The position numbers were made by a program, and so were the translations under genes. Shown here one piece after another: positions 27,996-39,400 of a stretch of 64,000 nucleotides of DNA. The stretch comes from Nageia nagi (lineage: Eukaryota; Plantae; Pinophyta). The notes beneath the pieces are model-generated. The model saw only the letters and a list, made by a program, of their open reading frames with translations. It was not told where the DNA came from and did no database searches. The stretch spans positions 43,152,001 through 43,216,000 of the forward strand of contig JBITNC010000001.1 in assembly GCA_050084985.1 (NCBI GenBank), in the 5' to 3' direction. How positions within the stretch are numbered: the stretch's first letter is position 1; every line of letters begins with the position of its first letter.

Positions 27996-28035
27996 GAAAT
28001 TTATAACCATGCCTTACAAAGACTAAATACATGTG
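27996..28035 (+). other. Unidentified 40-nt exon-like module (EIYNH/RALQRLNTC)
   Basis: Bounded by CTTTAGCAG| and |GTAATC; open frame; present in all units. Confidence 0.45.
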
Positions 28036-28811
28036 GTAATCAGTAGATATTATCAACACCAAAGAGAGAAAAAAAAACTAGCTCAACATAGTAGATAATA
28101 ACAATACCCCACTAAATAAATGTGGTAATCAGTAGGGATTATCGAGACAACATAGTATATAATAACAATATCTCACAACATTACGTACGACTGGGCTGAT
28201 TTAGCAATAACCTATATGTAAAGAAGGAAAGATCCACTAGAAGATGCCAGAGAACCAACCGAATGAAAATAGAGGGACTATGGGCAAGTATACCAGTAAA
28301 CAGTTGGAAACTTTCTTCATAAAGATGATTTTAATAATTAATATCACAATTTTCAAATTCACATATTTTTAAATTCAGTTGGAATTTGCAAAATGTTGTG
28401 CTTTTTAGGTTGTCCTGGAAGACTTGCATCACCATATTATCGAATTCTTTTTTACATTTGTTTGTTTTTGCCTAACTAGTTTAGCTTTATCTTCTAGTTT
28501 CTAATGCTCCTGTTGGGCTTGTATAATGTTTGTAACCAACTAATTTTTTATTTATTGTTTGACTAATTTTATTTATCATTGTTCTTTGACTTTTTCACAT
28601 CTTCATAAAAATAGTTAAGAAAAGAGGAAGTCCTCTTTTGTTTAAGTGATTTGTTTAGAATTCTTTTTCTTTTATAAGGAAAGCTTTTAAATTGAAAATC
28701 TGATTTCCTTGTGTTGTTGGCTCCATACTTATTTTTCATTTGTGTCGTATCCATCTTTTGTCTCTTAAGATGTTGTACTTTTATTAAATGATTTTTTACT
28801 ACAATAACTAG

Positions 28812-28967
28812 GAGTTGCCTTAGCTTTCCTTGATATCAAGAGTTATACTCTAGAGTTCATAGCTTTGCATGGTAGAGCTTTTGCTTACTCATGGTTATGT
28901 GGAAGCCATGTCAACAGTTTCTTATGCATACTATTATGTTCTTGTCCTCAAAGCATATTATGACCAG
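28812..28967 (+). pseudogene. Unidentified ~156-nt exon-like fragment
   Basis: TAG|...CAG|GTAC. Reads ELP*LFLDIKSYTLEFIALHGRAF/..THGYVEAMSTVSYAYYSVLVLKAYYDQ across a frameshift. Source gene not recognised. Confidence 0.55.
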
Positions 28968-28984
28968 GTACAACCCTTGCTTAC

Positions 28985-31566
28985 CTTGGCGCACCTTTGA
29001 AGACTTGTCAATGTTTGTATGATTTTGAGGGCTTTGTGAATTTCTTGAATACATGTCTCCTAGAAATAGGATTTTTGTATTCTCTTGGAATGGAAGAGGA
29101 CTAGTTGGGATGTTGTATGGTTATGGCTATGGGGATATCTTCCCACCTAAAGTTTAAACATAAGATTCAAATAAGAATGAATGGGTAGCTAGAGAGCAGC
29201 AGGCCTTTTCCAACTTTAAACCTAAAATAAAGATCATTGTAGGAATTCTGGTATCTTATTTACTAATAATAGAATCTTGTATTCCCTAAATCTATATCGT
29301 ATATATCACAAAAGATATCTATGTTTAAACTAAAAATCCATGTATATTTGTAAAGAAATAACCTTATTATCTATTTAGTTTTTTCTATTTCCTTGAAATT
29401 TGTATTTATCTCTATTTTTTGTTCACATACATCTCCAAATAATGCGAACAAATTGAAAAGTCAAGTGATTTCTAGGAATTTTAAGGTGATCATGCATTAT
29501 CATGGCTTCTTCCATCATTATATTTGTATGGAAGAGCCAACATATTTTGCATGATCAAGGCATATGGTATCTCCCATGCAAATCATAAGTTTATTTGATG
29601 TACTGAGCAAGCCAAAGCAATCAACCTCAATAAGTTCTGTACAATCCAAACTCATAAATTGGAATCTAAATTGAACCAATGTAGAAAAAATTCTTTAAGT
29701 GGCAAGGTTATTTTTGAGTAAAAAAGCAAACCAATGCATTGGAAAGCAGTAGAAGAATGTCCATGCTATTGTCAAGAAATTAAATTCGTACGCCACCCAA
29801 GCGAATAACCTTGAAATATTTATCACTATGTGGGTGTTCTCATTCATTATTTATTACTATCTGGGTGTTCTCATTCATTATTTATCACTATCTGAGTGTT
29901 TTCATTCATATTTTGGAGTCTGTTAGTACTTGCAATGAGCTCTTTGATCTTTTCTTTCAATCTAGCATTTTCTGCACAATACCAACCTACTCTTTCCAAT
30001 TGTGAGGCAATCACTATCTTCAAAGTGTCAATCTCATTTCATAGCATTTGGATATTTCTGATTCAAAATACAATGCATTTTGTTTCTCTCATTCATCAGC
30101 TTTTGCTTTGGATTCTAGGTAACCAGCGCTTGCAGCCTTTCGATTTTGTCTTCCAACAATTTTGCCTCTCATATTCATAAGATATAATTGAAGCAATATA
30201 TGCAACAATTTCTGTTAAAGGATTCCGCCTCAGTGCAAAGATCTAACAACTTATAGCTTAGTTCTCTTCCTTTTTTAGTAATTTTTTGTATCTTAGTTTG
30301 TATGTCTTCGACATTACTTTGTATGTTTCTTGCCAACTATTGAAGCATTATATGCAACAATTTCTGCATCAAAGGACTCCACCTCAGTGCAATGATCTAA
30401 CAACTTATGGCTTAGTTCTCTTCCTTTTTTAGTAATCTTTTGTATCTTAGTTTGCATGTCTTCCAATTTACTTTTGTATGTTTCTTGTCAACTTATTATT
30501 TATGCTCTCATCTTTTTCGATTTTATCAACTGAATTTTGGTTCATTTCATTGAATTTCGGTAATCAGCGCTTGCAGCCTTTTGATTTTGTTTTCCAACAA
30601 TTCTCCCTCTCATATTCACTGGATACAATTGAAGCATTATATGCAACAATTTCCGTGTTAAAGGATTCCCCTCAGTGCAAAGATCTAACAACTTATAGCT
30701 TAGTTCTCTTCCTTTTTTAGTAATTTTTTGTATCTTTGTTTGCATGTCTTCGACTTTACTTTTATTTTTTTTTTTAACTATTGAAGCATTATATGCAACA
30801 ATTTCCATGCTAAAGGATTCGACCTCAGTACAAAGATCTAGAAAGCTTATGGATTAGTTCTCTTCCTTTTTTAGTAATCTTTTGTATCTTAGTTTGCATG
30901 TCTTCGAATTTACTTTGTATGTTTCTTGTCAACTTATTCCTTATGCCCTCATCTTTTTCGATTTTATCAAGTGAATTTTGGTTCGTTTCATTGAATTTCG
31001 GTAACCAGCGCTTGTAGCCTTTCGGTTTTGTTTTCCAACAGTTCTCCCTCTCATATTCACTATATACAATTGAAGCATTATATGCAACAATTTCTGTGTT
31101 AAAGGATTCCACCTTAGTGCAAAGATCTAACAAGTTATAGCTTAGTTCTCCCCTTTTTTAGTAATTTTTTGTGTCTTAGTTTGCTGGTCTTCAACTTTAC
31201 TTTGTATGTTTCTGTTGTCAACTATTGAAGCATTATATGCAACAATTTCTGTGTTAAAGGATTCCACCTCAGTGCAAAGATCTAACAACTTATGGCTTAG
31301 TTCTCTTTCTTTTTTAGTAATCTTTTGTATTTTAGTTTGCATGTCTTCGAATTTACTTTGTATGTTTCTTGTCAACTTATTCCTTATGTCCCATCTTTTT
31401 TTATTTTATCAAGTGAATTTTGGTTCGTTTCATTGGATTTCTTCATCTTGTTTACTAACTTGGCCATATCCATTTTCAATCTACAAGTAATTTTATCATT
31501 TTGTGTTTGTATTTCTTGAATGTTTCCCTGAGGGTTGCTCATGGCTAGTCGAATAAAATTTCATTT
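28985..31566. repeat. Segment B0, truncated paralog of 55487-58035
   Basis: Colinear from CTTGGCGCACC to GCTCATGGC..ATAAAATTT. Confidence 0.95.
29910..31542 (-). pseudogene. Orphan coiled-coil ORF with internal repeats, copy 1 (frameshifted)
   Basis: Starts MSNPQGNI at 31542; six RNIQSKFEDMQTKIQKITKKGRELSHKLLDLCTEVESFNTEIVAYNASIV modules; broken into several ORFs in the track. Confidence 0.65.
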
Positions 31567-31589
31567 TTTTTAACAACTTATGGCTTAGT

Positions 31590-32045
31590 TCTCATTAATG
31601 CTATAATGTGGACTACTATTTTTGGTAGGCTTGCTTTGTATACATGTGAGACAGTGTTTTGATTTCCTTCAAGTTTTTGCAGGGTTATGGGCTTACAGAT
31701 GAATTGCTTGCACATGGTGATCACGGATGAATTACTTGCACACTCCTTTTCCAATTTGAAGGTGTTGGTGCTCACCATTCTCCACCCATGGCCTAGCTAC
31801 CATTGCTGTCAGGTATGCAATATCTTTCTCTTTTTGTTTATTTGTTTTATCCTTGTTACTGTCTCTGGCTTCTATGTCACTTGTTTTTGCTTGGTTTTGA
31901 GAGTTTTATTGGTGTTGGTTTTAGCAGTTGGTTTTTCCTTTGTCCTTCCTTGTTCATTAGATGTGATAGGAGACTTTACTTCACCATTGCAATATGCTTG
32001 TAGCTGTATGCATAATCCCATCTTAACTACAGTGATTTGAATATT
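31590..32045 (+). repeat. Internal fragment of unit A, A0-like haplotype
   Basis: Keeps the 10-bp TGTTTTTGCT and other A0 states that are absent from array units. Confidence 0.85.
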
Positions 32046-33361
32046 TGGTGTTGGTTTTAGTAGTTGGTTTTTCCTTTGTCCTTCCTTGTTCATTAGATGT
32101 GATAGGAGACTTTACTTCACCGTTGCAATATGCTCGTAGCTGTATGCATAATCCCATCTTAACTCACAGTGATTTGAATATTTGTGTAATATTTTTTTGG
32201 TATGAGAAAAATACTTTTGATATGTTTAAAGAAATTACGAAACATATCAAATGATTAAACAAAAAGAAGTATCATAGAATGCACAGAATTCATGCTTTAG
32301 CAGGAAATTTATAACCGTGCCTTACAAAGACTAAATACATGTGGTAATCAGTAGATATTATCGACACACCAAAGAGAGCAAAAAAAATTAGCCCAACATA
32401 GTAGATAATAACAATACCCCACAAAATAAATGTGGTAATCAGTAGGGATTATCGAGACAACATAGTAGATAATAACAATATCCCACAACATTATGTAAGA
32501 CTGGGCTGGTTTAGCAATAAGCTATATGTAAAGAAGGAAAGATCCACTAGAAGATGCCAGAGAACCAATCGAATGAAAATAGAGGGACTATGGGCAAGTA
32601 TACCAGTAAACAGTTGGAATCTTTCTTCATAAAGATGATTTTAATAATTAATATCACAATTTTCAAATTCACATATTTTTAAATTCAGTTGCAAACTGTT
32701 GTGCTGGTTAGGTTGTCCTGGAAGACTTGCATCACCATATATCGAATTCTTTTTTACGTTTGTTTGTTTTTGCCTAACTAGTTTAGCTTTATCTTCTAGT
32801 TTCTAATGCTCTTGTTGGGCTTGTACAATGTTTGTAACCAACTAGTTTTCTATTTCCTCTTTGACTAATTTTATTTATCATTGTTCTTTGACTTTTTCAC
32901 TATCTTCATAAAAATAGTTAAGAAAAGAGGAAGTCCTCTTTTGTTTAAGTGATTTGTTTAGAATTCTTTTTCTTTTATAAGGAAAGATTTTAAATTGAAA
33001 ATCTGGTTTCCCTGTGTTGTTGGCTCCATACTTATTTTTCATTCGTGTCGTATCCATCTTTTGTCTCTTAAGATGTTGTACTTTTATTAAATGATTTTTT
33101 ACTACAATAACTAGGAGTTGCCTTAGCTCTTCCTTGATATCAAGAGTTATACTCTAGAGTTCATAGCTTTGCATGGTAGAGCTTTTGCTTACTCATGGTT
33201 ATGTGGAAGCCATGTCAACAGTTTCTTATGCATACTATTCTGTTCTTGTCCTCAAAGCATATTATGACCAGGTGCAACCCTTGCTTACATGGAGATAGGA
33301 AATCCCAAAATCGAATATTACGAATGAGTGGAAACGTATCACAAAAGCCTTATAGCTGTAA

Positions 33362-33451
33362 TAACCGTTTGAGTATCCGTTGGAGCCTGAGCCTTACGAG
33401 GAATGATCAGACACGTGTCACAAAAGCCTTACAGGTGTAATAGCCGTTAGA
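33362..33451. promoter_or_regulatory. MSA-like (AACGG) cluster plus palindromic G-box, once per unit
   Basis: Minus strand TCAAACGGTTA (33362-72), TCCAACGGATA (33374-84) and TCTAACGGCTA (33441-51; exact YCYAACGGYYA); GACACGTGTC at 33410-19. Function untested. Confidence 0.5.
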
Positions 33452-36400
33452 GTATCCAAAAAAGAGTGCATTGGATCTTGAGCCATTTGTTCTCCCTCTC
33501 GTTGCTTTAAAGGATAATACGGTAAAGCTTCAATATTGGAGGCTATTTTGTTTTTTGGGCTGATGGATTCAAGTTTTGAGTAGGTATGGGCGAGAGAAAT
33601 AGAATTAAATCATAGTGATGGGGTTCAAATCTGAATTGTAGATGTAGATGAAGAGAAGGAAAAGGGAGGTAGTATAATGGGGGAGAAGAGGAAGAGCTCA
33701 TGTTGGAGTTCACTTCATGTTAGCAGACTCTTGTTTCGACGGCCAACGGACACAATCCTGTTGATTATGGTTTAACCTCTTTGATAGAAGAGGAAGAGGA
33801 AGAGGTCAAGATAGAAATTGTGAGCAGATATGATTTGATTTGAGTTCTTTGCGGTCTATTTATGTGTGGAGGGGTGCCTCTCAACAAGATGTCCATTGAA
33901 GAGTTTATGTCTCTCTTCCCCAACATCTCATTAATGCAGGTAATGTGGACTGCCATTTTTGGTAGGCTTGCTTTGTATACATGTGAGATGGTGTTTTGAT
34001 TTCCTTCAGGTTTTTGCAGGGTTATGGGCTTACAGATGAATTGCTTGCGCATGGTGATTACAGATGAATTATTTGTGCACTCCTTTTCCAATTTGAAGGT
34101 GATGGTGCTCACCATTCTCCAGCCATGGCCTAGCCACCATTGCTACCAGGTATGCAATATCTTTCTCTTTTTGTTTATTTGTTTTGTCCTTGTTACTTGT
34201 CTCTGGCTTCCGTGTCACTTGGTTTTGAGAGTTTTATTAGTGTTGGTTTTAGTAGTTGGTTTTTCCTTTGTCCTTCCTTGTTCATTAGATGTGATAGGAG
34301 ACTTTACTTCACCGTTGCAATATGCTCGTAGCTATATGCATAATCCCATCTTAACTCACAGTGATTTGAATATTTGTGTAATATTTTTTTGGTATGAGAA
34401 AAATACTTTTGATATGTTTAAAGAAATTAGAAACATATCAAATGATTAAACAAAAAGAAGTATCATAGATTGCACAGAATTCATGCTTTAGCAGGAAATT
34501 TATAACCGTGCCTTACAAAGACTAAATACATGTGGTAATCAGTAGATATTATCGACACACCAAAGAGAGCATAAAAAACTAGCTCAACATAGTAGATAAT
34601 AACAATACCCCACCAAATAAATGTGGTAATCAGTAGGGATTATCGAGACAACATAGTAGATAATAACAATATCCCACAACATTATGTAAGACTGGGCTGG
34701 TTTAGCAATAAGCTATATGTAAAGAAGGAAAGATCCACTAGAAGATGCCAGAGAACCAATCGAATGAAAATAGAGGGACTATGGGCAAGTATACCAGTAA
34801 ACAGTTGGAAACTTTCTTCATAAAGATGATTTTAATAATTAATATCACAATTTTCAAATTCACATATTTTTAAATTCAGTTGAAATTTGCAAACTGTTGT
34901 GCTGGTTAGGTTGTCCTAGAAGACTTGCATCACCATATTATCGAATTCTTTTTTACGTTTGTTTGTTTTTGCCTAACTAGTTTAGCTTTATCTTCTAGTT
35001 TCTAATGCTCTTGTTGGGCTTGTACAATGTTTGTAACCAACTAATTTTTTATTTCCTCTTTGACTAATTTTATTTATCATTGTTCTTTGACTTTTTCACT
35101 ATCTTCATAAAAATAGTTAAGAAAAGAGGAAGTCCTCTTTTGTTTAAGTGATTTGTTTAGAATTCTTTTTCTTTTATAAGGAAAGATTTTAAATTGAAAA
35201 ATCTGGTTTCCCTGTGTTGTTGGCTCCATACTTATTTTTCATTTGTGTCGTATCCATCTTTTGTCTCTTAAGATGTTGTACTTTTATTAAATGATTTTTA
35301 CTACAAAACTAGGAGTTGCCTTAGCTCTTCCTTGATGTCAAGAGTTATACTCTAGAGTTCATAGCTTTGCATGGTAGAGCTTTTGCTTACTCATGGTCAT
35401 GTGGAAGCCATGTCAACAGTTTCTTATGCATACTATTCTGTTCTTGTCCTCAAAGCATATTATGACCAGGTCAACCCTTGCTTACATGGAGATAGGAAAT
35501 CCCAAAATCAAATATTACGAATGAGTGGAAACGTATCACAAAAGCCTTACAGCTGTAATAACCGTTTGAGTATCTGTTGGAGCCTGAGCCTTACGAGGAA
35601 TGATCAGACACGTGTCACAAAAGCCTTACAGGTGTAATAGCCGTTAGAGTATCCAAAAAAGAGTGCATTGGAGCTTGAGCCATTTGTTCTCCCTCTCGTT
35701 GCTTTAAAGGATAATACGGTAAAGCTTCAATATTGGAGGCTATTTTGTTTTTTGGGCTGATGGATTCAAGTTTTGAGTAGTATGGGCGAGAGAAATAGAA
35801 TTAAATCATAGTGATGGGGTTCAAATCTGAATTGTAGATGTAGATGAAGAGAAGGAAAAGGGAGGTAGTATAATGGGGGAGAAGAGGAAGAGCTCATGTT
35901 GGAGTTCACTCATGTTAGCAGACTCTTGTTTCGACGGCCAACGGACACAATCCTGTTGATTATGGTTTAACCTCTTTGATAGAAGAGGAAGAGGAAGAGG
36001 TCAAGATAGAAATTGTGAGCAGATATGATTTGATTTGAGTTCTTTGCGGTCTATTTATGTGTGGAGGGGTGCCTCTCAACAAGATGTCCATTGAAGAGTT
36101 TATGTCTCTCTTCCCCAACATCTCATTAATGCAGGTAATGTGGACTGCCATTTTTGGTAGGCTTGCTTTGTATACATGTGAGATGGTGTTTTGATTTCCT
36201 TCAGGTTTTTGCAGGGTTATGGGCTTACAGATGAATTGCTTGCGCATGGTGATTACGGATGAATTATTTGTGCACTCCTTTTCCAATTTGAAGGTGATGG
36301 TGCTCACCATTCTCCAGCCATGGCCTAGCCACCATTGCTACCAGGTATGCAATATCTTTCTCTTTTTGTTTATTTGTTTTGTCCTTGTTACTTGTCTCTG

Positions 36401-39400
36401 GCTTCCGTGTCACTTGGTTTTGAGAGTTTTATTAGTGTTGGTTTTAGCAGTTGGTTTATTCCTTTATCCTTCCTTGTTCATTAGATGTGATAGGAGACTT
36501 TACTTCACCGTTGCAATATGCTCGTAGCTATATGCATAATCCCATCTTAACTCACAGTGATTTGAATATTTGTGTAATATTTTTTTGGGATGAGAAAAAT
36601 ACTTTTGATATGTTTAAAGAAATTATGAAACATATCAAATGATTAAACAAAAAGAAGTATCATAGATTGCACAGAATTCATGCTTTAGCAGGAAATTTAT
36701 AACCATGCCTTACAAAGACTAAATACATGTGGTAATCAGTAGATATTATCGACACACCAAAGAGAGCAAAAAAAACTAGCTCAACATAGTAGATAATAAC
36801 AATACCCCACCAAATAAATGTGGTAATCAGTAGGGATTATCGAGACAACATAGTAGATAATAACAATATCCCACAACATTATGTAAGACTGGGCTGGTTT
36901 AGCAATAACTATATGTAAAGAAGGAAAGATCCACTAGAAGATGCCAGAGAACCAATCGAATGAAAATAGAGGGACTATGGGCAAGTATACCAGTAAACAG
37001 TTGGAAACTTTCTTCATAAAGATGATTTTAATAATTAATATCACAATTTTCAAATTCACATATTTTTAAATTTCAGTTGTGCAAACTGTTGTGCTGGTTA
37101 GGTTGTCCTGGAAGACTTGCATCACCATATTATCGAATTCTTTTTTACGTTTGTTTGTTTTTGCCTAACTAGTTTAGCTTTATCTTCTAGTTTCTAATGC
37201 TCTTGTTGGGCTTGTACAATGTTTGTAACCAACTAATTTTTTATTTCCTCTTTGACTAATTTTATTTATCATTGTTCTTTGACTTTTTCACTATCTTCAT
37301 AAAAATAGTTAAGAAAAGAGGAAGTCCTCTTTTGTTTAAGTGATTTGTTTAGAATTCTTTTTCTTTTATAAGGAAAGATTTTAAATTGAAAATCTGGTTT
37401 CCCTGTGTTGTTGGCTCCATACTTATTTTTCATTCGTGTCGTATCCATCTTTTGTCTCTTAAGATGTTGTACTTTTATTAAATGATTTCTTACTACAATA
37501 ACTAGGAGTTGCCTTAGCTCTTCCTTGATGTCAAGAGTTATACTCTAGAGTTCATAGCTTTGCATGGTAGAGCTTTTGCTTACTCATGGTTATGTGGAAG
37601 CCATGTCAACAGTTTCTTATGCATACTATTCTGTTCTTGTCCTCAAAGCATATTATGACCAGGTGCAACCCTTGCTTACATGGAGATAGGAAATCCCAAA
37701 ATCGAATATTACGAATGAGTGGAAACGTATCACAAAAGCCTTACAGCTGTAATAACCGTTTGAGTATCCGTTGGAGCCTGAGCCTTACGAGGAATGATCA
37801 GACACGTGTCACAAAAGCCTTACAGGTGTAATAGCTGTTAGAGTATCCAAAAAAGAGTGCATTGGAGCTTGAGCCATTTGTTCTCCCTCTCGTTGCTTTA
37901 AAGGATAATACGGTAAAGCTTCAATATTGGAGGCCATTTTGTTTTTTGGGCTGATGGATTCAAGTTTTGAGTAGGTATGGGCGAGAGAAATAGAATTAAA
38001 TCATAGTGATGGGGTTCAAATCTGAATTGTAGATGTAGATGAAGAGAAGGAAAAGGGAGGTAGTATAATGGGGGAGAAGAGGAAGAGCTCATGTTGGAGT
38101 TCACGTCATGTTAGCAGACTCCTGTTTCGACGGCCAACGGACACAATCCTGTTGATTATGGTTTAACCTCTTTGATAGAAGAGGAAGAGGAAGAGGTCAA
38201 GATAGAAATTGTGAGCAGATATGATTTGATTTGAGTTCTTTGCAGTCTATTTATGTGTGGAGGGGTGCCTCTCAACAAGATGTCCATTGAAGAGTTTATG
38301 TCTCTCTTCCCCAACATCTCATTAATGCAGGTAATGTGGACTGCCATTTTTGGTAGGCTTGCTTTGTATACATGTGAGATGGTGTTTTGATTTCCTTCAG
38401 GTTTTTGCAGGGTTATGGGCTTACAGATGAATTGCTTGCGCATGGTGATTACGGATGAATTATTTGTGCACTCCTTTTCCAATTTGAAGGTGATGGTGCT
38501 CACCATTCTCCAGCCATGGCCTAGCCACCATTGCTACCAGGTATGCAATATCTTTCTCTTTTTGTTTATTTGTTTTGTCCTTGTTACTTGTCTCTGGCTT
38601 CCGTGTCACTTGGTTTTGAGAGTTTTATTAGTGTTGGTTTTAGAAGTTGGTTATTCCTTTATCCTTCCTTGTTCATTAGATGTGATAGGAGACTTTACTT
38701 CACCGTTGCAATATGCTCGTAGCTATATGCATAATCCCATCTTAACTCACAGTGATTTGAATATTTGTGTAATATTTTTTTGGTATGAGAAAAATACTTT
38801 TGATATGTTTAAAGAAATTATGAAACATATCAAATGATTAAACAAAAAGAAGTATCATAGATTGCACAGAATTCATGCTTTAGCAGGAAATTTATAACCG
38901 TGCCTTACAAAGACTAAATACATGTGGTAATCAGTAGATATTATCGACACACCAAAGAGAGCAAAAAAAACTAGCTCAACATAGTAGATAATAACAATAC
39001 CCCACCAAATAAATGTGGTAATCAGTAGGGATTATCGAGACAACATAGTAGATAATAACAATATCCCACAACATTATGTAAGACTGGGCTGGTTTAGCAA
39101 TAAGCTATATGTAAAGAAGGAAAGATCCACTAGAAGATGCCAGAGAACCAATCGAATGAAAATAGAGGGACTATGGGCAAGTATACCAGTAAACAGTTGG
39201 AATCTTTCTTCATAAAGATGATTTTAATAATTAATATCACAATTTTCAAATTCACATATTTTTAAATTCAGTTGCAAACTGTTGTGCTGGTTAGGTTGTC
39301 CTGGAAGACTTGCATCACCATATTATCGAATTCTTTTTTACGTTTGTTTGTTTTTGCCTAACTAGTTTAGCTTTATCTTCTAGTTTCTAATGCTCTTGTT

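Larger units (their letters stand above)
26790..28984 (+). repeat. Segment A0: diverged progenitor-like copy of the 2.2-kb unit
   Basis: Colinear with the array units but has unique upstream flank, runs directly into segment B, and carries private indels. Confidence 0.95.
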
